A stretch of 64,000 bases of DNA, taken from the IMG/VR virus record IMGVR_UViG_3300009776_000830. The stretch is one strand, 5' to 3'. The stretch comes from a virus. Below the pieces are notes generated by a model. It had not been told where the DNA came from. It did no database searches and worked only from the letters and a program-made list of their open reading frames with translations. The stretch's first letter is position 1. Each line of letters begins with the position of its first letter. The position numbers and the translations under genes were made by a program. This document shows positions 57,324 through 64,000 of this stretch, in pieces.

Positions 57324-57884
57324 TTAACTTTTGAAAAAATCTTTAAATGATTTTATATTTTTAAAATTTTCTGTAATGTTCTTTTCATCATCATCCTCAT
57401 CATTGATCATTTCATCTTCTTGATCAATAACTCTATCGCCAGCTAGTGGATCTTCATCTTCATCATTTTCTTCTATATCATCTATATTGTCTTCTTCATC
57501 GTTCCAATCAAAATTTTCTTCATTATCGACTTCATCATCTTCAATTTCGTCGTCTATTTCCATATTTTTCAATATATCTTTCTTGGCTTTATCTTTATCA
57601 TTTTCATCTTTTAGTTCATCGTATATGTTAATTGCGTCTTTTTCATCTGATATACCAGCGGCTATTAACCTATCGTAATACTCAGGATTTTCGCTCAAAT
57701 GATCCATAGAGATTTCTGTAGCTATATCAGGATTACTAGTATGTTCTCTTTGAACGGCAGAACCTATAGCAATATCATCTGGATTAAAATCCTCGGGTCT
57801 TTTATTATCAGCTTTTCCACCAGGAATTCTATCTATCCATTTTCTATTGCCAAAATCAGTGAAATTAGTTATTATTTTACTCAT
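57324..57884 (-). CDS. DUF5661-like protein with long acidic tail
   Basis: IPGGKAD..REHTSNPDIATEISMDHLSENPEYY; D/E-rich C-half; TAATATATA at 57906-57914 on the minus strand. Confidence 0.7.
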   Translation of the reverse strand: MSKIITNFTDFGNRKWIDRIPGGKADNKRPEDFNPDDIAIGSAVQREHTSNPDIATEISMDHLSENPEYYDRLIAAGISDEKDAINIYDELKDENDKDKAKKDILKNMEIDDEIEDDEVDNEENFDWNDEEDNIDDIEENDEDEDPLAGDRVIDQEDEMINDEDDDEKNITENFKNIKSFKDFFKS

Positions 57885-58022
57885 TTTCTGTATATTCTTT
57901 TTTCTTATATATTAATAATTTTTTATTGTTTTTTCATTTTTTCTAAATGTTAATAATATTTATATATATAAATAAATAAACAAAATATATTTTTATATAT
58001 ATAAATAAAAAATTGTAGTAAT

Positions 58023-58247
58023 ATGATAAGTTTAAATCAAAATGGTATGGGAAGAATTGTACCACCAGAAGCCGGATTAATAAAAGACTCATCTTTAACC
58101 GATAAAGAAGTAATGGATCTTCGTGAGAGTTTTAAAATTCAGTATGCTAAAATGAAAGGATGGGATCCTGAGAAACTGACGCCCGAACAATTGAATGAAA
58201 TCCATTCGGATAATCGTTGGAAGACTCCTGGATTATTGCTTTCTTGA
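58023..58247 (+). CDS. Small hypothetical protein
   Basis: ORF track with TATA-rich leader. Confidence 0.65.
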   Translation: MISLNQNGMGRIVPPEAGLIKDSSLTDKEVMDLRESFKIQYAKMKGWDPEKLTPEQLNEIHSDNRWKTPGLLLS

Positions 58248-58599
58248 AAAATATTCATATAATGTTATGGTAAAATTTTTAGATGAAGAAGATTTTTTTG
58301 AGTTCGATCTACCTGAGTTAGAGACAGATAATTATTTTAGTTTCAAGTCTAGATTTAAAATAATAGACACTCCTAATGGATTTAGATTGGTTTTAGATAA
58401 TATATTTAAAAGAACTCTATCAAAATTAAATCTAGAAATTTTACAAAATTTAATTGAAACAAGATTTCCAGTTGATATAAATGATGTATCAGGACTCGTT
58501 CTTGAGGATTTGAGAATAAACAAATTTTATAATGGAGAGTTTGATGTATCTATTTATACAAGTGGAGTTTTTGATTTAACATTATCTTCTTTTGAATAA
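58195..58599 (+). CDS. Hypothetical protein (likely start ATG 58267)
   Basis: ORF track. Confidence 0.55.
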   Translation: MKSIRIIVGRLLDYCFLEKYSYNVMVKFLDEEDFFEFDLPELETDNYFSFKSRFKIIDTPNGFRLVLDNIFKRTLSKLNLEILQNLIETRFPVDINDVSGLVLEDLRINKFYNGEFDVSIYTSGVFDLTLSSFE

Positions 58600-58604
58600 A
58601 AAAA

Positions 58605-59228
58605 TTACATCATTAATATTCTTAATCTTCCGAATTCTAATCCACAAACAGCTATTGGGGTGGAGTAATTTCCTGTTGCAACATTATTTCCTAGCATCCC
58701 ACCACTAGCCGGCCCCCAAGCCCAAATATTGTTGTGATTATCTAATGCGTAACAGTTATAACTAAGTGCTTTTATTTGACAAAATGTATGAGCTCCGCAA
58801 ACAGCAACTGGAGTTGAATAACAAACAGTTGAATTATTACCTAGTGATCCATAATAATTATATCCCCAAGCCCAAGCTTTTCCATCTTTATCTATAGCGA
58901 GTGTAGTGTGTTCACCACAAGATATTTGACAAAATGTGTGTGCTCCACAAACTGCGATTGGAGTTGAATAAGAAACTGTTGAGTTGTTACCTAGATAACC
59001 AAAATCGTTGGATCCCCAAGTCCAAGCTTTTCCGTTTTTATCTATGGATGATGAATGTCCAGCATTTCCAGTAAAATATTTTCCAGCTGATATGTGACAA
59101 AAAGTGTGTGCTCCGCAGACAGCGATTGGTGTACTCTTTCCTACAGTGGAATTATCACCCAACTCACCATATAGATTGGTTCCCCACCCCCAAGCTTTTC
59201 CATTTTTATCTATTGCTAAAGTATACAT
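58605..59228 (-). CDS. RCC1-repeat protein, four blades
   Basis: Four AW.WG.N.YG.LG.NST..STP.AVCG repeats. Confidence 0.85.
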   Translation of the reverse strand: MYTLAIDKNGKAWGWGTNLYGELGDNSTVGKSTPIAVCGAHTFCHISAGKYFTGNAGHSSSIDKNGKAWTWGSNDFGYLGNNSTVSYSTPIAVCGAHTFCQISCGEHTTLAIDKDGKAWAWGYNYYGSLGNNSTVCYSTPVAVCGAHTFCQIKALSYNCYALDNHNNIWAWGPASGGMLGNNVATGNYSTPIAVCGLEFGRLRILMM

Positions 59229-59243
59229 TATATTTTTTATTTT

Positions 59244-59798
59244 TTATACAGTTATAGCTAAACCAGCTGATATGTGACAAAAAGTGTGTGCTCCGCAGAC
59301 TGCAACGGGCATAGATTTATTAACTCCTGTGTTGTCTCCAATAGAACTAGTGGAATTATTCCCCCACCCCCAAGCTTTTCCATTTTTATCTATGGCAAAT
59401 GATGTTCCAGCATAACTTTCTATTTTACAAAAAGTGTGTGCTCCGCAAACTGCAACTGGAGTTGAATAACAAGTAGTCGAATTATTACCTAATGATCCAT
59501 AAAAATTTTCTCCCCAAGCCCAAGCTTTTCCTTGATGGTCTATAGCGAGTGATATCATATAATTGGAGTTACTCATTTCACAAAAAGTGTGAGCTCCACA
59601 AACAGCAACTGGAGTTGAATAACAAGTAGTCGAATTATTACCTAATGATCCATAAAAATTTTCTCCCCAAGCCCACTCGTCGCCTGATATATCTATGGCT
59701 GATGTCGCAGATAATTTACTATATCTCCTTGGTTCTGCGGTCGGGGTAAGAAATACTTCACAAGTAGTTATTTTTATTATTGGATTTAGTTGAGCCAT
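59244..59798 (-). CDS. RCC1-repeat protein, three blades
   Basis: Three repeats of the same consensus, two nearly identical at DNA level. Confidence 0.85.
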   Translation of the reverse strand: MAQLNPIIKITTCEVFLTPTAEPRRYSKLSATSAIDISGDEWAWGENFYGSLGNNSTTCYSTPVAVCGAHTFCEMSNSNYMISLAIDHQGKAWAWGENFYGSLGNNSTTCYSTPVAVCGAHTFCKIESYAGTSFAIDKNGKAWGWGNNSTSSIGDNTGVNKSMPVAVCGAHTFCHISAGLAITV

Positions 59799-59883
59799 AT
59801 TTTATATAATGAGTTTTTATTATATATTAAATTTTAATAACCAAAAAATAATATATAGAGAAAAAACTTTTTCATCTCTATAA

Positions 59884-62800
59884 ATGAGTTTCAAGAAAAT
59901 ACAATTAATAGATCCATTAACAATAGGCTGTCCCGAGATTGGTCACATTTATTTGGGTAGAGATGCAACAGGTCTTTGGGAGAAAAGAGATAATTGCGAA
60001 ATAGTTTATTTGGCTTTTGCTGAAAGTGGATCAACAAATGGTATAGATGGCACGTCAGGCTCCTCGGGTAGAGACGGAACATTTTTAGGAACTCACGGCA
60101 CGTCAGGCACTTCTGGTCGAACTGGAACATCTGGAACATCAGGAAGAACAGGAACATCTGGAACATCTGGTGGTCCTGGAACTTCTGGAACATCAGGCAA
60201 ATCAGGTACATCTGGTTCATCTGGAACTTCAGGATTTGGTGGAACAGCTGGAACATCAGGAACATCTGGTGAAAGTGGAACATCTGGAACATCTGGCTCA
60301 TCAGGCTCGTCAGGTACGTCTGGCTCATCAGGCTCGTCAGGCATAGATGGCATAGATGGTGGATATGGTGCAGCAACTAGAGAATGGACATACACAATCA
60401 ATTCAATTCCAACAAATGGCGAATTTTATACTGATGCTATAAATTTTGGTTCGACCACAATCAGAATTAATAGATTTGATGATAGCGGAGCAGATCAAAT
60501 AGAATGGCTTAGAACTTGGAGTACAGTATCTGGAATATTAAAAATAGAAGACCGTAATGATGCCAGCATTTTTGGTTTATATAGAGTACCATATGACTCT
60601 GTTAATCAGGTTGGTAATTTCTTTGAGTTATCTAATTTTATTAATTTATCTGCTTCCGGGGAGACATTTGATGGTAGTGATTATTTGATTTCATTTATAG
60701 GTGCAACTGGAGATAGATACGCAACTACTTCAAATACAACGATATCTATACCAACTTCATCAGGTAATACTATACTTTTAACTGGTGGCACAGGATTGGC
60801 ATATAGCGTTGGTCAAGAAATTCTCATAGCATATGATACAGGACATACTTTTACGGCTCAAGTAGTATCCTATGATCCATTAACAGGTGAATTTGTTTTG
60901 ATATCTGAAAGTAATGTAGGAACAGGAACTTTTTCTGATTGGTATATAAATTTAATGGGGGCACCTGGTCAAGAGGGGCCTGCTGGAACATCAGGCACAT
61001 CTGGTAAAGATGGCCCAACTGGTACAAGCGGCACGTCTGGTTTAACTGGTACGAGTGGTACATCTGGAAGAGACGGAACAAGTGGTACATCTGGAAGAGA
61101 TGGAACAAGTGGTACATCTGGAAGAGACGGGACAAGTGGAACATCTGGTACTTCTGGTACATCTGGAACATCAGGCACTTCTGGTGTTACAGGGACAGCA
61201 GGTACATCAGGATTAACTGGAACATCAGGCACATCAGGATTAACTGGAACATCAGGCACATCAGGAGAAACAGGAACATCTGGTACTTCTGGAAAGCAAG
61301 GGACTTCTGGCACTTCAGGAATTTCTGGTACAGCAGGTTCTTCAGGATTAACTGGAACATCAGGCACATCAGGATTAACTGGAACATCAGGCACATCTGG
61401 TACTTCAGGCACTTCTGGGAAACAAGGCACTTCTGGCACTTCTGGCACTTCAGGAATTTCTGGTACAGCAGGTACAGCAGGTTCTTCAGGATTAACTGGA
61501 ACGTCTGGATCAAGTGGAACAAGCGGATTAACTGGAACTTCTGGAACTAGCGGATTAACTGGAACTTCTGGAACTAGCGGATTAACTGGAACTTCTGGAA
61601 CATCAGGTACATCTGGAACAAGTGGTTTAACTGGCACTTCTGGTTCATCTGGTACATCTGGAATATCAGGCACATCTGGAACATCAGGATTAACTGGAAC
61701 TTCAGGAACATCAGGATTGACAGGTACATCAGGTACTTCTGGCACTTCAGGTACATCAGGCAAAGAAGGCACATCTGGTTCTTCAGGTACATCAGGTACT
61801 TCTGGAACTTCAGGAACATCAGGAACATCAGGATTGACAGGCACGTCAGGTACTTCTGGAACATCAGGAACATCAGGATTGGCAGGCACATCAGGTACTT
61901 CTGGAACTTCAGCAACTAGTGGAACATCAGGTACATCAGGATTGGCTGGCACATCTGGTACATCTGGCACATCTGGTTCATCTGGAACCAGTGGTCATTC
62001 AGGGACATCAGGTACTTCTGGAACCTCAGCAACTAGTGGAACATCAGGTACTTCTGGAACTTCAGCAACTAGTGGAACATCAGGTACATCGGGATTAGCT
62101 GGAACATCTGGCACATCTGGTTTATCTGGAACAAGTGGAACAGCCGGTACATCAGCAACATCTGGCACATCTGGAACATCAGGATTAACAGGCACATCTG
62201 GTTCTTCAGGCACTTCTGGATTAACAGGAACATCAGGTACTTCAGGATTAGCTGGAACATCTGGTACATCTGGAACGAGTGGTTCATCAGGCACATCGGG
62301 TACTTCAGGTGTAACAGGCACATCAGGCACGTCTGGATTAACAGGCACATCGGGCACATCAGGACAAACAGGCACTTCAGGCACTTCTGGCGTTGGTCCA
62401 ACAGGGGAGTCTGGCACATCTGGTACATCTGGCACATCTGGTTTAACTGGAACCAGTGGAACATCAGGAAAAGAAGGAACTTCTGGTTCTTCGGGTTCAT
62501 CTGGGACAAGTGGAAATTCAGGCACATCAGGAACTTCTGGTACTTCTGGTACTTCAGGTACTTCAGCAACCAGTGGAACATCTGGCGTTTCAGGTACTTC
62601 TGGCACTTCTGGAATTAGTGGAACATCAGGTGTATCAGGTACTTCTGGTTCATCTGGAACAAGTGGATCATCAGGAACATCTGGTATTTCAGGATCTTCA
62701 GGTACATCAGGAACTTCAGGTACATCAGGAACTTCTGGGACTTCAGGTACATCAGGAACTTCTGGGACTTCAGGTACATCAGGAACTTCTGGGTTTTCAG

Positions 62801-64000
62801 GTACATCAGGAACATCAGGCACTTCAGCAACCAGTGGAACATCAGGTGTATCAGGTACTTCTGGTTCATCTGGAACCAGTGGAACATCAGGTTCATCAGG
62901 CACTTCAGGTTCATCTGGGGCAAGTGGAACATCAGGCACTTCAGCAACCAGTGGAACATCAGGCATATCAGGCACTTCAGGTTCATCCGGGACCAGTGGT
63001 TATTCAGGAACATCGGGTACTTCTGGAACTTCTGGTACTTCAGGTATTTCAGGAACCAGTGGTTCTTCAGGAACCAGTGGATATTCAGGAACCTCAGGTA
63101 CTTCTGGGACTTCAGGAACTAGTGGAATAAGTGGGACTTCTGGAACTTCAGGAACTAGTGGATATTCAGGAACTTCAGGCACTTCAGGAACATCAGCAAC
63201 CAGTGGAACATCAGGTTATTCTGGCACATCTGGTTCATCTGGTACTAGTGGTTATTCAGGAACTTCAGGTACGTCAGGTTTGACAGGAACATCAGGCACA
63301 TCTGGTTCATCTGGGACAAGTGGTTCTTCTGGGGCATCTGGAACTTCTGGTACTTCAGCAACTAGCGGAACATCAGGTACTTCAGGCACATCTGGAAAAC
63401 AGGGAACATCTGGTTCATCGGGTTCTTCTGGAACCAGTGGTTATTCAGGAACATCAGGTACTTCTGGAACTTCAGCAACTAGCGGAACATCAGGCACTTC
63501 AGCAACTAGCGGAACATCAGGAACTTCAGCAACTAGCGGAACATCAGGCACTTCAGCAACTAGCGGTACATCTGGTTCATCTGGTTATTCTGGAACTAGC
63601 GGATTTAGTGGCACATCTGGAACTAGCGGATTTAGTGGTACATCTGGAACATCTGCAACTAGTGGAACATCTGCAACTAGTGGAACATCTGGCGCTTCTG
63701 GTACTAGTGGAACTTCAGGGACTTCCGCAACTAGTGGAGCATCTGGAACATCTGGATCATCTGGAACAAGTGGTTCTTCTGGGACATCTGGAACTTCTGG
63801 TACTTCAGCAACTTCTGGAACATCTGGAGCTTCTGGTACTAGTGGAACTTCAGGGACTTCCGCAACTAGTGGAACATCTGGGTCATCTGGATCATCTGGT
63901 ACTTCAGGAACATCTGGTACTTCAGGAACTTCTGGTACTTCAGGAACTTCTGGTACTTCAGGAACTTCTGGTGTCGGCGGAACATCAGGCACGTCTGGAT
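59884..64000 (+). CDS. Giant Gly-Thr-Ser collagen-like tail-fibre protein (3' truncated, >1370 aa; absent from the ORF track)
   Basis: ATG 59884 [16 protein letters not shown]..; I saw no in-frame stop to the window end; G-X-Y tracts flank a ~200-aa globular insert (60361-60957). Confidence 0.9.
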   Translation, partial: MSFKKIQLIDPLTIGCPEIGHIYLGRDATGLWEKRDNCEIVYLAFAESGSTNGIDGTSGSSGRDGTFLGTHGTSGTSGRTGTSGTSGRTGTSGTSGGPGTSGTSGKSGTSGSSGTSGFGGTAGTSGTSGESGTSGTSGSSGSSGTSGSSGSSGIDGIDGGYGAATREWTYTINSIPTNGEFYTDAINFGSTTIRINRFDDSGADQIEWLRTWSTVSGILKIEDRNDASIFGLYRVPYDSVNQVGNFFELSNFINLSASGETFDGSDYLISFIGATGDRYATTSNTTISIPTSSGNTILLTGGTGLAYSVGQEILIAYDTGHTFTAQVVSYDPLTGEFVLISESNVGTGTFSDWYINLMGAPGQEGPAGTSGTSGKDGPTGTSGTSGLTGTSGTSGRDGTSGTSGRDGTSGTSGRDGTSGTSGTSGTSGTSGTSGVTGTAGTSGLTGTSGTSGLTGTSGTSGETGTSGTSGKQGTSGTSGISGTAGSSGLTGTSGTSGLTGTSGTSGTSGTSGKQGTSGTSGTSGISGTAGTAGSSGLTGTSGSSGTSGLTGTSGTSGLTGTSGTSGLTGTSGTSGTSGTSGLTGTSGSSGTSGISGTSGTSGLTGTSGTSGLTGTSGTSGTSGTSGKEGTSGSSGTSGTSGTSGTSGTSGLTGTSGTSGTSGTSGLAGTSGTSGTSATSGTSGTSGLAGTSGTSGTSGSSGTSGHSGTSGTSGTSATSGTSGTSGTSATSGTSGTSGLAGTSGTSGLSGTSGTAGTSATSGTSGTSGLTGTSGSSGTSGLTGTSGTSGLAGTSGTSGTSGSSGTSGTSGVTGTSGTSGLTGTSGTSGQTGTSGTSGVGPTGESGTSGTSGTSGLTGTSGTSGKEGTSGSSGSSGTSGNSGTSGTSGTSGTSGTSATSGTSGVSGTSGTSGISGTSGVSGTSGSSGTSGSSGTSGISGSSGTSGTSGTSGTSGTSGTSGTSGTSGTSGTSGFSGTSGTSGTSATSGTSGVSGTSGSSGTSGTSGSSGTSGSSGASGTSGTSATSGTSGISGTSGSSGTSGYSGTSGTSGTSGTSGISGTSGSSGTSGYSGTSGTSGTSGTSGISGTSGTSGTSGYSGTSGTSGTSATSGTSGYSGTSGSSGTSGYSGTSGTSGLTGTSGTSGSSGTSGSSGASGTSGTSATSGTSGTSGTSGKQGTSGSSGSSGTSGYSGTSGTSGTSATSGTSGTSATSGTSGTSATSGTSGTSATSGTSGSSGYSGTSGFSGTSGTSGFSGTSGTSATSGTSATSGTSGASGTSGTSGTSATSGASGTSGSSGTSGSSGTSGTSGTSATSGTSGASGTSGTSGTSATSGTSGSSGSSGTSGTSGTSGTSGTSGTSGTSGTSGVGGTSGTSG
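60958..64000 (+). repeat. 9-nt-period Gly-X-Y coding repeat (mostly GGN ACN TCN)
   Basis: Gly in register at all spot-checked positions, with a register shift at ~62389 (GVGPT). Confidence 0.95.

Noticed and set aside
324-57953. Numerous short opposite-strand or alternate-frame ORFs nested in long genes (e.g. 324, 2920, 10748, 21196, 28664, 36051, 48886, 57699)
   Set aside because: No motifs, biased composition, and fully overlapping well-supported genes; consistent with chance ORFs.
58605-59798. Diversity-generating retroelement TR/VR pair in the RCC1 repeats
   Set aside because: Near-identical repeats differ mainly at synonymous positions of any base rather than only at adenines, both are coding, and no reverse transcriptase is in the window.
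59891-63992. Many minus-strand P-D/E-V ORFs and Gln/Met/Leu-rich alternative-frame ORFs in the track
   Set aside because: They are antisense or out-of-frame shadows of the plus-strand GGN-ACN-TCN repeat. The plus frame has a proper start, leader and globular domains.
1-64000. Stop-codon reassignment as in some large phages
   Set aside because: Long conserved genes are intact under code 11, and TAA, TAG and TGA all appear as genuine stops (e.g. gltX ends TAG, smpB TAA, nadR TGA).

Overview
A 64-kb, AT-rich, gene-dense fragment of a jumbo/mega myovirus-like phage, most likely infecting a Bacteroidota host (Bacteroidetes-type GluRS and TonB-dependent receptor, TAnnTTTG -7 promoter boxes, A-rich starts without SD). 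Contents: translation-related genes (gltX, smpB, two tRNA-Val); an amidoligase/M28 peptidase region with a hybrid tandem duplication; a baseplate/tail cluster (gp53-like, hub, gp5-muramidase, very large structural proteins); accessory genes (Hsp20, SET, MT-A70, radical SAM, NadR, TonB-dependent receptor, Nudix); a split RCC1 propeller; and a >1370-aa Gly-Thr-Ser collagen-like fibre gene that runs off the window end and is missing from the ORF track. Top observations: (1) a single-chain type IIA topoisomerase gene fractured inside its TOPRIM DxDxD motif by a naturally split intein, whose halves are separated by an inverted homing endonuclease, two divergent RHH regulators and a methyltransferase stub; (2) a second endonuclease inserted in the 5' end of the same gene with a perfect 54-bp duplication that rebuilds the start; (3) about 14 proteins, including GluRS, carrying an N-terminal motif resembling the T4 capsid-targeting sequence; (4) a NadR + TonB-dependent receptor operon that may be an NAD+ salvage/anti-defence route. 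All annotations come from reading motifs by eye; no database searches were run.
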